Of a DNA stretch of 64,000 bases, positions 51,819 through 61,163 are shown one piece after another; position 1 is the first letter of the stretch, and each line of letters begins with the position of its first letter. Position numbers and translations under genes: made by a program. The DNA comes from a virus. Below the pieces are notes generated by a model. It saw nothing but the letters and a program-made list of their open reading frames with translations. It made no database searches and was not told the DNA's origin. Location of the stretch: the IMG/VR virus record IMGVR_UViG_3300032287_001952, positions 4,261 through 68,260 of that record. One strand, given 5' to 3'.

Positions 51819-52258
51819 AGTTTAATCCTTTTAGTTGTATGCCTCGGGTGCGGTTCAGCTTTGAACCCTTTCCCCTTGGCGTGTTTAAGTGTAGCTTTCG
51901 AGACGCCCCATTGAGAGGCAATCTCACCGAGAGGCACACCATTTTCGTATGCCTCTTTCCAGCGATCCCACCGATTCTTCACGCTATTGAAATCTCGGTA
52001 ATATCCAACGCCACCATCCTTACGGATCTTTAGATACTCCTTAGTTGCCATCTTCCGCATATCATCAAGTGTGCGTTTGGCTGATATCTCTTTGCTTAGC
52101 TTGTCCACTAGCTTGATATGTTCGCTTACATCCTTGGCCATCTTGAAAACAAAGTTCTCAAGATATTGCAATGATCGGTGAAGGTTGTCGATGCGGTCAT
52201 CCAAGCGTGGGATTTCTGATGCTTCGATTAACTTTTTGACTTTACTCGTAACATTCAC
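51815..52258 (-). CDS. Coiled coil plus HTH protein
   Basis: GVPLGEIASQWGVSKATL HTH; GTG start after GAAAGGGA. Confidence 0.6.
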   Translation of the reverse strand: MNVTSKVKKLIEASEIPRLDDRIDNLHRSLQYLENFVFKMAKDVSEHIKLVDKLSKEISAKRTLDDMRKMATKEYLKIRKDGGVGYYRDFNSVKNRWDRWKEAYENGVPLGEIASQWGVSKATLKHAKGKGFKAEPHPRHTTKRIKL

Positions 52259-52568
52259 TGGCTTCCCTTTCTGCCTTCTGTTGGGTAGCACTGAACAATG
52301 CTTCCTTGGCTGCTTCTAACAGATACTTCGAGGGTTCTTTAACTTCCTCTTGAGTATCAAGATGAGTAAGACTTAAGTCCGAGAACTCGGCTTGAGCATA
52401 CTCACTGAAGAAGGCAATCTCTGTCTGGCACTCACGAGCACCTTGGTACTCGTAGTCGCCTATGCCCACATCTTCGGATTCAATGTGGTGAACCACTGTG
52501 CCACCAACCACATACCACATATTACTGAATTGAAACTTTACGTCACACTCTTCGACTTCGATTTCCAT
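52242..52568 (-). CDS. Acidic hypothetical protein
   Basis: AAGGA RBS; GIGDYEYQG motif. Confidence 0.6.
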   Translation of the reverse strand: MEIEVEECDVKFQFSNMWYVVGGTVVHHIESEDVGIGDYEYQGARECQTEIAFFSEYAQAEFSDLSLTHLDTQEEVKEPSKYLLEAAKEALFSATQQKAEREASECYE

Positions 52569-52768
52569 AATGTGTATCCTTCTGTTTCGGGGTTTAGTTC
52601 CTTACTATGGATGTAGTGTTGGTAGTCTGACAACAAAGAATCGCACCAACGGATTACCTCGTTGGCTGGGATTCTATTTAGATCTACACCTCCGTGATCT
52701 TCGAACGCTTGCTTCATTGACTTAACGAACAAGCCAAGCCTCACGATAAGCTGGGCACTCTCGCTCAT
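52538..52768 (-). CDS. Hypothetical protein
   Basis: Coupled ORF. Confidence 0.55.
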   Translation of the reverse strand: MSESAQLIVRLGLFVKSMKQAFEDHGGVDLNRIPANEVIRWCDSLLSDYQHYIHSKELNPETEGYTLWKSKSKSVT

Positions 52769-52917
52769 TGCGTAAACTCAAGGAGTATCCATAGAGCATA
52801 GAAGGATGCTGTGGCGAAGAGTATGCCACCGGCAAATAAGACTCCAGTCGCTAGCAGATCTGCGATACGTTTCCAGTTAACATATGTTTTACCATTTCGT
52901 TTACGTGTTAGTTTCAT
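52765..52917 (-). CDS. Small membrane protein
   Basis: AAGGAGG upstream of ATG 52917; TM segment. Confidence 0.55.
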   Translation of the reverse strand: MKLTRKRNGKTYVNWKRIADLLATGVLFAGGILFATASFYALWILLEFTQ

Positions 52918-53128
52918 TGAGAGTAAACCTCCTTCGCACTTCTTCAGAGACGTGCCGATAGTATAGTGACTCTTGTTGCTTCTTGGTTTCAAGTTCGTAT
53001 TGCAACTTGACCAACTGCTCGTTAGACATTTTATTTATTTTCATATAGATAACTTGAAGGGTGTTCAACTGGGCAGACACACTAACGAAGCCCGTTCGGA
53101 AACATCTTCCGACTCTATGCCCCTTCAA
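52901..53128 (-). CDS. Hypothetical protein (start TTG 53128 or ATG 53044)
   Basis: RBS before the TTG; the first 28 codons overlap a structured element. Confidence 0.5.
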   Translation of the reverse strand: MKGHRVGRCFRTGFVSVSAQLNTLQVIYMKINKMSNEQLVKLQYELETKKQQESLYYRHVSEEVRRRFTLNETNT

Positions 53129-53148
53129 TAGTGTTTCCTTTCTTTGGT

Positions 53149-53409
53149 TTAGTCTGATGCGTGGTTGTAAATCATCTTTTCTAGAATATCGGGGTGCTCG
53201 TTGGCTAGCTCGTTGAGTTCTTCGTCGTTCATCGCAGTGCCGTCCTCAAATTGGCCAGCACTAAAGAATGCATCGCAGAAGTCTGGAGCATCCCAGTAAT
53301 TGACACCGTCGATTTCGAGGGAACCGACATCAACAACTCTAGTAACGAGATGTCTATCTTCACCGATAGGCAGTTGTCTAAGTACGATTTTGCTTTTGTC
53401 TTTTTCCAT
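53149..53409 (-). CDS. Hypothetical protein
   Basis: EIDGV...DAPDFCDAF...DG..M.DEEL motif. Confidence 0.65.
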   Translation of the reverse strand: MEKDKSKIVLRQLPIGEDRHLVTRVVDVGSLEIDGVNYWDAPDFCDAFFSAGQFEDGTAMNDEELNELANEHPDILEKMIYNHASD

Positions 53410-53429
53410 TATGCCTTTCGGTGTGGTGT

Positions 53430-53711
53430 TTAGACCCCTTCCACTGATATAGACGGCGAGCCTAAGTCAACTTCTGTGATGTTAAGGAATCCAGGTCCAT
53501 TACCCTCTTCGTCTCGGTATACCCAAGCCACCGAAGGTTTGCGATCACTGATTCCAGACTTGAACACTAGCCCGTAGACTGGCTCACCATTGAGGCCGTC
53601 ATCATCTTTAACCACGTCGACAAGAATCTTGCCACGTAGCTTTAGATACTCTTTGAGATAGGGATCTGACTTAGTCGTTGGCACTGCCGTTCCTCCCATC
53701 ACTGACGCCAA
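53430..53711 (-). CDS. Hypothetical protein
   Basis: RDEEGNGPGFL motif; start uncertain. Confidence 0.6.
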   Translation of the reverse strand: MASVMGGTAVPTTKSDPYLKEYLKLRGKILVDVVKDDDGLNGEPVYGLVFKSGISDRKPSVAWVYRDEEGNGPGFLNITEVDLGSPSISVEGV

Positions 53712-53988
53712 GCTTGGCTAGCGTCATAGCGTAGAACATACCGAAGTACTTCTCGCCAATCAAGGCGATGTCGTCGGCGTTGCTAGGCTCTTCGTTACGG
53801 AGCTTGGCGTAAGCCAAAGCACACGCTTGGCCGAGCACATACTTTCCACGGATGGACTGAAGCAACTCTGTCGCTGCATCTTTCCGTGCTTCATCTGATA
53901 GTCTGATGTACTTGCTCTTGTAGTTCTTTGCGTAATCGCTAACAAGTTTTTGCTGTGATACTTTCTTTTTCTTAACTGGTTTCTTCAT
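53671..53988 (-). CDS. Hypothetical protein
   Basis: AAGGAG RBS before ATG 53988. Confidence 0.6.
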   Translation of the reverse strand: MKKPVKKKKVSQQKLVSDYAKNYKSKYIRLSDEARKDAATELLQSIRGKYVLGQACALAYAKLRNEEPSNADDIALIGEKYFGMFYAMTLAKLGVSDGRNGSAND

Positions 53989-54004
53989 ATGTTTCTCCTT
54001 ATGT

Positions 54005-54214
54005 TTAGGGTTTGGCTTCTTCTTCATGTAAACTTTCCGAGCTATGGACTCGGCAGTTCTCTTCAATCTCGTCCCACTCGAATCGAGTGTTGTCACAATC
54101 TTGTTCCCACATATGGTAGGCTTTGTCTTGTGCGAGTGTTTCTGACTCTGCTTCAACTTCAACGTAAGCGTCGAACTCAACGGTTCTACGCAGTTCAACT
54201 AGATACTTTGCCAT
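54005..54214 (-). CDS. Acidic hypothetical protein
   Basis: AAGGAGG RBS; Y.V.....VEVEAESE..A motif. Confidence 0.6.
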   Translation of the reverse strand: MAKYLVELRRTVEFDAYVEVEAESETLAQDKAYHMWEQDCDNTRFEWDEIEENCRVHSSESLHEEEAKP

Positions 54215-54237
54215 ACTCTTTCCTCCTTTGTTGTTGG

Positions 54238-54495
54238 TTATTTATGTTTGTCTTCAGCTAATAGCTTTGTGACAAAATCTGCGTCACGATCAGACATCGA
54301 TTTAGTAGTGCCGACCACTAGTGGAATATGTCCACCAGAAACACGGGCAATCATCGCTTCGATACAAGACAAGCCATTGAGAACGCAGTCAGTTATCTCA
54401 ATGTAGGCGTCGTGCTTTGACTGGCCGTCTCGTCGGTCTTCAATGTGTTTTAATAATTGGTCATTATCAATCTCGATACTAAGTTTGATCTTCAT
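54238..54495 (-). CDS. Hypothetical protein
   Basis: GAGG RBS. Confidence 0.55.
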   Translation of the reverse strand: MKIKLSIEIDNDQLLKHIEDRRDGQSKHDAYIEITDCVLNGLSCIEAMIARVSGGHIPLVVGTTKSMSDRDADFVTKLLAEDKHK

Positions 54496-54508
54496 TTAGT
54501 TGTGTCCT

Positions 54509-54712
54509 CTATTCGTATAGGTTGTGGTCGGAACGTGTGGTTATTGGAACTACACGGAATCCTCCCCCAAGGTATTTGTTTAAGTCATCACATTCTGACA
54601 AGGCTTCCTTCTTGGTTTCAAAGAAGTAGTCCTTGTAATTGTCAGAGCCATCGTCGCTCTTGCGAAGATCGCCCCAGCCGAATGTGCATTGTGTCTGTAT
54701 CTTGTATCTCAT
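54509..54712 (-). CDS. Hypothetical protein
   Basis: FETKKEA motif; coupled. Confidence 0.55.
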   Translation of the reverse strand: MRYKIQTQCTFGWGDLRKSDDGSDNYKDYFFETKKEALSECDDLNKYLGGGFRVVPITTRSDHNLYE

Positions 54713-54915
54713 ATTGGTGTTACTTTCTGACCTAGGAAATCTAAGTTCAATACATTCTGGTTGTGCCTATCGCACCAGACCTGGAAGCCCTTGGTTGTCC
54801 ATCCCACATTGAGTCTTGCCCAAGTAGCTGGACTCTGATCTTCGGGTATCTCTTCCAAGCAGTGTCTACAATGTAGATATGATCTGATGTCGGGAACGTT
54901 TGCTTTAGCTTTCAT
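54709..54915 (-). CDS. Zn-binding-like protein
   Basis: HCRHC...QVWCDRH; ATGA overlap at 54915. Confidence 0.6.
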   Translation of the reverse strand: MKAKANVPDIRSYLHCRHCLEEIPEDQSPATWARLNVGWTTKGFQVWCDRHNQNVLNLDFLGQKVTPI

Positions 54916-55124
54916 TCGACCCCCATAGGTTCGTGGTCTCGGTATGGTGTGAAGAGATGGATCTCGTCGACGCAACAATCCTCTGGCGAATACCACCCAG
55001 ACTTGAGTTTGTATTGTCGAGTGTGCATCTTCAAAGCCTTTGTTAATACGTTGAGTGCTTTCTCTTCGGTTAAAGCAAAAGCCTCGAACTCAAAACTAGG
55101 CGACTCGTATCTTGCTCTGAACAT
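54912..55124 (-). CDS. Hypothetical protein
   Basis: GAGGA RBS before ATG 55124. Confidence 0.55.
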   Translation of the reverse strand: MFRARYESPSFEFEAFALTEEKALNVLTKALKMHTRQYKLKSGWYSPEDCCVDEIHLFTPYRDHEPMGVE

Positions 55125-55296
55125 TATATCCTCACCCCTTCTGACTTTGCCCACAAGTACAACTGCTCATCGTTGGATAACCACAGACGGCGTTCACGAT
55201 CATTCAGTCTGTGGATATTACCACCGCATACATCTCGTATATGCTGATCGATATCGGCTTTGTGTTCTCTAATAAAAGATGAGATCGCTTTTTGTT

Positions 55297-55515
55297 TCAT
55301 TGTATTGTTGCTACTCCTTGGTTAATTATTACGTTGGTTGCCCATCCACGAATGACACATCGTGGTTGAGACTTACGCTCGTGGCTTTCACACGGCGTAT
55401 TGATCTTGATGTTGCGTACTAGATGGCAAGCATCCTTGTAGTGAAGGGTCATAATCGTATGACCGCTACGCCTACTAGCTGGCTTGTTGTAGTGCATAAA
55501 CCATCTGGTCTTCAT
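55297..55515 (-). CDS. Hypothetical protein
   Basis: F.HYNKPAS...T.H...C...QPR.V..G motif. Confidence 0.6.
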   Translation of the reverse strand: MKTRWFMHYNKPASRRSGHTIMTLHYKDACHLVRNIKINTPCESHERKSQPRCVIRGWATNVIINQGVATIQ

Positions 55516-55624
55516 TCATCTTTCTTGAGGGCAACGATCGCCCTCTTGATATCCTCAAGTCCTTCCCGAATGGTTTCGGTTAGGATGGTGAATTGTCTTT
55601 CGTCCATAACAAATACCTCCTTCA

Positions 55625-56017
55625 TTAGATTGAGTAGAACTTAACGTCCATTAACTTGTCCATCTCCGCAGTCGTAGGAACTGCATCTACCCATTGGACA
55701 ATCGCTTGGATTTCCTCAATGGTGGAAGCGGGAGAGATTGTCTCACCTTCCATACCAGTTCCGACAACGAGGGTTCGACCGACAAGATGGGATTGCGTAC
55801 TACCCTTGAGGGTATAGCAACCAGCCAGTTGCATATGCTCGTCGCCCTTCAGCAATCCTTCGTCGTCGCATAGGGCAACGTCGTCGCCTCGTATGCCGAA
55901 CGATGTGATGCAACTACAACCAAGCAACGCATAGATTTCGTGAAGATCAAAGCCAGTAGCAGACTCGACCTCGGTGATCGACTTGGCTTTAGGATCGATG
56001 AGGATTCCCTTAATCAT
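55625..56017 (-). CDS. DUF3846-like protein
   Basis: ILIDP...L..IY.LLGC...DDEGLL...LVG..LVVG...GE. Confidence 0.65.
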   Translation of the reverse strand: MIKGILIDPKAKSITEVESATGFDLHEIYALLGCSCITSFGIRGDDVALCDDEGLLKGDEHMQLAGCYTLKGSTQSHLVGRTLVVGTGMEGETISPASTIEEIQAIVQWVDAVPTTAEMDKLMDVKFYSI

Positions 56018-56186
56018 AGTAGGACTTTCCAACGGTGTTCCCGTTAGTATCGAGGAGCGTATGCTCAACATCGTTACAGCTATGGATAGCATTGACCAAG
56101 CCTTGTAGGATGATGGCAATCTGACCTTCGGGGTAATCCCCGAACGCTGCGTTGTCTGTACGAATCTCTAACTTAAACGTAGCCAT
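56010..56186 (-). CDS. Hypothetical protein (58 aa)
   Basis: Manual translation MATFKLEIRTDNAAF...LLDTNGNTVG; AAGGAG RBS. Confidence 0.6.
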   Translation of the reverse strand: MATFKLEIRTDNAAFGDYPEGQIAIILQGLVNAIHSCNDVEHTLLDTNGNTVGKSYYD

Positions 56187-56187
56187 A

Positions 56188-56649
56188 TTAGTATTCTCCT
56201 TTCATCCCGTATGCACTTCGCATCGGGTTGTTGTCTTGTATATCTTCCGCAAAGGTGTGAGCTTTGTGGTTGACCGACATACACTGGTTGACTTCATCAA
56301 GCCAGTCGAACTTCTCTTCGGGAAGTTTCTCAGTCCGACCCATCCAAGGTTTCGGACTAATGTTTATGAACCAGTCTTGCATCGTTGGGATTCTCCCAAG
56401 ATCTTCTTTGACGTGTTGCTCTGCTACCCATCGTGTAGGGATTCGTCGTCCCTCACTAGTAGTAATCGTATGACCAAAGATACGCTCTGCCATAAAGCAT
56501 CCCTCGGCGTGATGCCGTAGTGCTCTATGACGGAAGTCAGCGAACATCATCTTTGACTCATCGAACCAGTCGTGAATCTTCTGGTAGTCATCTGGCTTAC
56601 CGCCCCACTTTCTCGCCGAACTAACTGCGTGGTGGTAGGGGTTAGCCAT
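56188..56649 (-). CDS. DUF6915-like His-rich protein
   Basis: PYHHAVSSA.KWGG..DY..IHDWFDESK..D.RHRALRHH..EQHV.ED. Confidence 0.75.
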   Translation of the reverse strand: MANPYHHAVSSARKWGGKPDDYQKIHDWFDESKMMFADFRHRALRHHAEGCFMAERIFGHTITTSEGRRIPTRWVAEQHVKEDLGRIPTMQDWFINISPKPWMGRTEKLPEEKFDWLDEVNQCMSVNHKAHTFAEDIQDNNPMRSAYGMKGEY

Positions 56650-57161
56650 TAGTAGGTCTCGTTGTATTCGTTGACTTCCTCGACACGCTCGTTGTACTCG
56701 AGAGCAATCTCTGTGTCGCCTACTTTCAATTCAAACTCTCCGTAAGAACCAGCGTTGATCTCCCATCCTCCGTGGTTGTTCTCGAGTAGGTCATAGCAGA
56801 TACTTTCGACCAGCTCGGAGATCGTAGGAGTCTTGGTAGTATAAACCCACTCTTTCTTCTTGGGATTCCAAGTAGACTCGTTGGAAATCAAAGCTCCCTC
56901 AACAAGAGTGTCCTTAACAGCATCTGTAAGGGCAACTCTCACTCTGTTAGCTTCGGCACCACGGAAGAACTCTGGCTCTTCCATCTGTCCAGAGTCACCA
57001 CTACCATCAAATTGCACCTCAACGAATGAGATGTTGTGGGCAGATAGTGCACTGAACAACAAGGGTTTGTTGTACTTGATTCGTGAGCTGGCGTTCTTCA
57101 TAACTTTTGCTTTCATAGTGGACGCAATTTTCTCCACTGCTTTCATAATATCTTTAGGCAT
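56649..57161 (-). CDS. DUF6878-like protein
   Basis: FDGSGDSGQ.E and GWEIN.G.YG motifs. Confidence 0.7.
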   Translation of the reverse strand: MPKDIMKAVEKIASTMKAKVMKNASSRIKYNKPLLFSALSAHNISFVEVQFDGSGDSGQMEEPEFFRGAEANRVRVALTDAVKDTLVEGALISNESTWNPKKKEWVYTTKTPTISELVESICYDLLENNHGGWEINAGSYGEFELKVGDTEIALEYNERVEEVNEYNETY

Positions 57162-57182
57162 AGTATCAATATCCTTTCTTTG

Positions 57183-58535
57183 TTAGTGAGCAATCGCCCC
57201 AATAAGTTGAGGACCGCATTTGGCTTGTCCTTGTGCAACTTGTTTGAGGTAGGTGACCGCATCTTCAATACGTTTGTACATAACAGCCTTGGCCTTGATG
57301 GCTAACGCCTTGGCCTCGGCAGTAAGATGTGCGTAGCAATTATCACGCTGACCATCAGTAACGCATCCGTCGCAGACCCAGAGCACTGGCTCGTTCTGGA
57401 AACGCTTGGCCTTGATCGCCCAGCGTAGAGCTGGTCCGTCAACACCATTACCACCACCACGACGCTTGGGTAACTTGTCGATCATCTTGCCGTCCTTGGC
57501 TAGTATCCAGAAGTTGGGTACGTCCTTGGTACCCGGTGCGTGGGAGTAGAGTGCGATAGTAGCCCCAGGTGCTGCGTTAAGTATCTTGAGTACGTCCTCA
57601 CTCTCGACGCCCATAGAACCAGAGCCGTCGATCAATACGACACCGCCAGAGTTACGCTTCGTCCGATCAAAGATCCGACGATACGGGTCAGTCAGCATAC
57701 GATGGATACGCCGAGGGTTGCGACCCGTAGGAGAGGCCAGCTTGATCTTGCCAAGGTTGCCGTTGTGCATCTTGACTAGAGGGGCTGAGCCTTCGCACAA
57801 GTCTGCGAACTTGGCGGTCATATCAGAATTGGCGTGGTCGGATGGCCTACGATTACGGAACGATGGAACTCTGCCAGTCTCCTTGGCAAGCTCGATGCAC
57901 TTGTCTAGTAGCATCGCAATACGTTCGCTAATAGCAAAGCCACGGGTCATCATCTTGGAACGTGAACCAGCGATGGTTTTGTCCGACGTAAGATCGGACG
58001 AATACTTCTCAAGAACCTCATCGATAGACTCTGCAAGATTGCAGATGGACTCGAACATACTGAAGTCGTCGATTTCCGTACAAGCTTTCTTGACGCCACC
58101 AACCCAGTCCTTCCAACCAGCAGTACCAATGACGGCGGATGTGCCATATACTAGGCGTGTCATATCCTTGGCTTTCGCACAAGTGTATGCGTTGTTGCCG
58201 TCGTTGATGTCTGTTAGATGGGTCTCTGGGTCAAAGCCAACCTTCTTCATAGCACGATTGACACGTGCTTCCTCCGCTGCAAGGAGGGAATCGAAGGTAG
58301 CGTTTCCTCGTCTGAGCCACGGACGCAAGTCAGATGGACTCAACCGAACGTGCATCAATTCGTGTGCTCGTATGTGACGAGCTGTTTCGTCGGCGTCCAA
58401 GGGGACGTGCATCGTACTAGTAGCAATGCTTGTCTTGGGAGCACCACGAATGCCAGCACATCGAACGATGTCCCAACACTCATTGACTCCACGTACACCA
58501 CCGCTCTGTCGTACAAACTCTGGATATACTTTCAT
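57183..58535 (-). CDS. Zincin-like plus vWA domain protein (CobT-like)
   Basis: HELMH...EEARVN and MIDAS motif IDGSGSM. Confidence 0.8.
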   Translation of the reverse strand: MKVYPEFVRQSGGVRGVNECWDIVRCAGIRGAPKTSIATSTMHVPLDADETARHIRAHELMHVRLSPSDLRPWLRRGNATFDSLLAAEEARVNRAMKKVGFDPETHLTDINDGNNAYTCAKAKDMTRLVYGTSAVIGTAGWKDWVGGVKKACTEIDDFSMFESICNLAESIDEVLEKYSSDLTSDKTIAGSRSKMMTRGFAISERIAMLLDKCIELAKETGRVPSFRNRRPSDHANSDMTAKFADLCEGSAPLVKMHNGNLGKIKLASPTGRNPRRIHRMLTDPYRRIFDRTKRNSGGVVLIDGSGSMGVESEDVLKILNAAPGATIALYSHAPGTKDVPNFWILAKDGKMIDKLPKRRGGGNGVDGPALRWAIKAKRFQNEPVLWVCDGCVTDGQRDNCYAHLTAEAKALAIKAKAVMYKRIEDAVTYLKQVAQGQAKCGPQLIGAIAH

Positions 58536-58568
58536 CGACCCTCCTTTCAGCGAAGGTTAAAGGTTTAG

Positions 58569-59294
58569 TTAGCTCTTGTTGATCGTGTCGATCTTCGTAG
58601 CGTCCAAGAACTCCTTGGCCGACTCACCGAAGATGAGGTAAGCCGCACGCTCTGCACCGATAGCCTTGCGGAGATTGTCGTAGGCATAGAAGGAACGCAG
58701 ATCAATACGGCGTTCTCCCAAGTCAGCGGCACGCTCTGCATAGGCACGCAAGTCGGGAGACAAGCGATCGAGTGCAGTCTTGTGGGGCTTGTTGACACGA
58801 ACACGAATCGGGAAGCGGGAACGAATCGCCTCGGGCAATTCCTCGAGCTGTTCCAGATTCGTAGTCATCACTACGCTGAAGCCTTCAGCGGGAGTCTCGG
58901 TCTTACCAGTCTGGGGATTCTCCCAACGGCAAGACTCGGGGCTGTCAGTCATAGCAAGCAAGGTGGCGAACACGTCACCACCAGCCTTGTCGATCTCATC
59001 GACAATCAGCCGACCACCAGTACGCCAAGCCTTAACAGCTTGACCCTCGTGCCAGCTAAACGTGCCCTTCTCGTTGGGCATCCAAGCACCAGTCACATCG
59101 GCATTGGTCATATCTGGCGTGCAGATAAGACGGAATGTCGGGCGGTCTTGCGTAGCCATCGTGAGACCAGCATACGTCTTGCCAGTTCCAGGAGGTCCGT
59201 AAAGGACTAGGCGATTGACGCCAGCCGATAATGCGGTTTCGATATCCGTCCAACAATCGTTGGATGTCGTAGGTTGTTTCGATTTGGTAGCCAT
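58569..59294 (-). CDS. MoxR/CbbQ/CobS-like AAA+ ATPase
   Basis: GPPGTGKT, IVDEID, TTN and AIRSRF motifs. Confidence 0.9.
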   Translation of the reverse strand: MATKSKQPTTSNDCWTDIETALSAGVNRLVLYGPPGTGKTYAGLTMATQDRPTFRLICTPDMTNADVTGAWMPNEKGTFSWHEGQAVKAWRTGGRLIVDEIDKAGGDVFATLLAMTDSPESCRWENPQTGKTETPAEGFSVVMTTNLEQLEELPEAIRSRFPIRVRVNKPHKTALDRLSPDLRAYAERAADLGERRIDLRSFYAYDNLRKAIGAERAAYLIFGESAKEFLDATKIDTINKS

Positions 59295-59312
59295 AGTAGT
59301 ATCCTCCTTTGT

Positions 59313-59711
59313 TTATTTGTTGTTGTTGTTGTCTGCGTCAGCTTGAGCTTTCCTCTGCTCGAGCTGTAGTTCTTTCATCTTCTCCCGCATCTTGACCAAT
59401 GCCTCTGGGACATCGTGTACGGGGAACTCGGCATCCGACAATAGGGTCGATGCCATTACCGAAACCATCATACAAGACTTGTGATACTCCTCTTCATCCT
59501 TGATGGATAGCAAGGCCAAGGCAGACAAGACGGCACGGACTTGATAGCCACGTTGGTCGTTCTTGTGCTCGTTCATTGGTGCGATCTTGTCGAGGATGTT
59601 AATGAAAAGATGGTAGAAACTTGCGTCGTTACCATTATCTTTTCCGTGTACCACTGACATCGAGGGTTGATCCTCGTTGCTGTCTTTGTTGAAGTTGATT
59701 CGTCCGCTCAT
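59313..59711 (-). CDS. Hypothetical protein
   Basis: 132-aa ORF in the early block. Confidence 0.6.
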   Translation of the reverse strand: MSGRINFNKDSNEDQPSMSVVHGKDNGNDASFYHLFINILDKIAPMNEHKNDQRGYQVRAVLSALALLSIKDEEEYHKSCMMVSVMASTLLSDAEFPVHDVPEALVKMREKMKELQLEQRKAQADADNNNNK

Positions 59712-59713
59712 AG

Positions 59714-59905
59714 TTAGTTAGCCTTTCTTGTAGGGGTTGGAGTTGTGTGGTTTGTCAGCTTGATGCAAGCCTTCTCGTCCCACTCCCATCCTTGATTGAC
59801 AAGGTAGGTGTAGGCTTGTTTGGCTCGTAGGAATGTTTTAACTAGGACGTGCTTCTTTAGTAGCTTGTCCCAATAGAACACTCCGAATGGCTGTTGTATT
59901 GGCAT
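59714..59905 (-). CDS. Hypothetical protein
   Basis: Coupled ORF. Confidence 0.5.
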   Translation of the reverse strand: MPIQQPFGVFYWDKLLKKHVLVKTFLRAKQAYTYLVNQGWEWDEKACIKLTNHTTPTPTRKAN

Positions 59906-60186
59906 CAGTCAATGATGTGCTTCGGAGCGGAAGCAACACTGAAGTTGACGGGAAGGTAAGTCCCGTCACTTGCCATCAGTCCCATCTTCGAACCATCGGG
60001 GAACTGACTGATGATGCGTCCCCAATGTAGGAACTCTTGTCGGCAATCGGCAATGTTGTAATGCCGAAGGCCAGACACTGGACGTCCGTTACGCATAACG
60101 ATCCAGTTGTGTTTCGTTGCAACCTTGTTCAGAGTAGAACGAAGGTTGTTGTTGTCCCGCCATTGACCGAGGGTTGCTTGTGCCAT
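59905..60186 (-). CDS. Hypothetical protein
   Basis: AAGGAG RBS. Confidence 0.55.
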   Translation of the reverse strand: MAQATLGQWRDNNNLRSTLNKVATKHNWIVMRNGRPVSGLRHYNIADCRQEFLHWGRIISQFPDGSKMGLMASDGTYLPVNFSVASAPKHIID

Positions 60187-60226
60187 ATTAGTTTGACTCC
60201 TTACGTCCTTCTGTTACAAGTAGTCT

Positions 60227-60829
60227 ATGCCGAAGGACTTGGGCATCGACTGGAAAGTCATTGAGTTGGAATACCTTAAGGGTATGCGTGTAACTCACAT
60301 TGCATCTACGTACAAAATCAAGCAGTCTACTCTTGAAGCTCGTATTCGTAGGATGGGTTGGAAAGACAAACGCCTTGCAATGGAGAGTGCAATAGCCCAC
60401 AAAGAAGCACAGAAAACCATACAAACGCTCGCCACAAAGGCGACCTCGTATCTTGAAAGGGTAGTAAAGGAAGTTGATAAGGGAATGAACGTGCTCGAAA
60501 CCCAACATCCAGCCACTGCGAAGGAACTCAACGAGCATTTCGATGCACTTGGTAAGATCGATAAGGTGGCGAGACCAGCCTTGGGGCTTTCGTCTGAAGG
60601 AAATGGCGGAAAAGCGAGCGTAGTGAATGTCGCTGTGCTTCAACAATTTGCGGACATTGAACCTCAAAAAAGCATTGTAGTTGATAATCAACAACTTACT
60701 ACTGAAGTTGATGCAATGCCTATTGTGCGACTTATTAAAGAGCCTCATTCCAGTCCCCTTTCCGTTGAACCAAACTCACAACCTTCGCAGAACGAATTGG
60801 CTTCAGTGCCCGATCAGCTTTCCGAGTAG
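60227..60829 (+). CDS. Terminase small subunit-like HTH protein
   Basis: DWKVIELEYLKG.....IA..Y.I...TL..RI.R.GW N-terminus, helical core, LGL motif. Confidence 0.6.
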   Translation: MPKDLGIDWKVIELEYLKGMRVTHIASTYKIKQSTLEARIRRMGWKDKRLAMESAIAHKEAQKTIQTLATKATSYLERVVKEVDKGMNVLETQHPATAKELNEHFDALGKIDKVARPALGLSSEGNGGKASVVNVAVLQQFADIEPQKSIVVDNQQLTTEVDAMPIVRLIKEPHSSPLSVEPNSQPSQNELASVPDQLSE

Positions 60830-61085
60830 CTTGGTAGTTAGCTTCGAAGTCCATTGCTCTGACGATGCGAGCCTTACTGATACGTACAAAGCCATAAGAG
60901 TAATCACGAGCCTTGATCGTTCGCTTCTTGAGACTCCAGATAGTGGCTCGGTTCTGATACAGCTCGGTCTGGTAGCAAGCGTTCATAGTAGGAGAAGCCT
61001 TACCCTCGAACGAATTGTTCATCTTGGGAGTCGGAACACCATCGAAACCAACAGCAACCAACTGATCTCGTAGACTTGTATTCAT
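60735..61085 (-). CDS. Basic hypothetical protein
   Basis: GGAGG RBS. Confidence 0.55.
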   Translation of the reverse strand: MNTSLRDQLVAVGFDGVPTPKMNNSFEGKASPTMNACYQTELYQNRATIWSLKKRTIKARDYSYGFVRISKARIVRAMDFEANYQATRKADRALKPIRSAKVVSLVQRKGDWNEAL

Positions 61086-61107
61086 ATACCTCCAGGAATT
61101 AAGGGTT

Positions 61108-61146
61108 AAAAAAAAGAAACACCGAGGGGAATTGAACCCCTCGGTG
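61108..61146 (-). terminator. Rho-independent terminator
   Basis: caccgagggg/cccctcggtg 10-bp stem followed on the minus strand by TTTCTTTTTTTT. Confidence 0.75.
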
Positions 61147-61163
61147 CTTCGGTGAATCTCTCT

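Noticed and set aside
53054-53135. HDV-like or hammerhead ribozyme reading of the structured element
   Set aside because: Required core sequences and junction lengths could not be fitted; kept only as an unassigned structure
57586-58377. 263-aa antisense ORF over the vWA gene
   Set aside because: S/R-rich shadow with no start signals
61120-61146. GGTTCAATTCC, a tRNA T-arm-like sequence on the minus strand
   Set aside because: No D arm, anticodon arm or acceptor stem; it is the loop of a terminator hairpin
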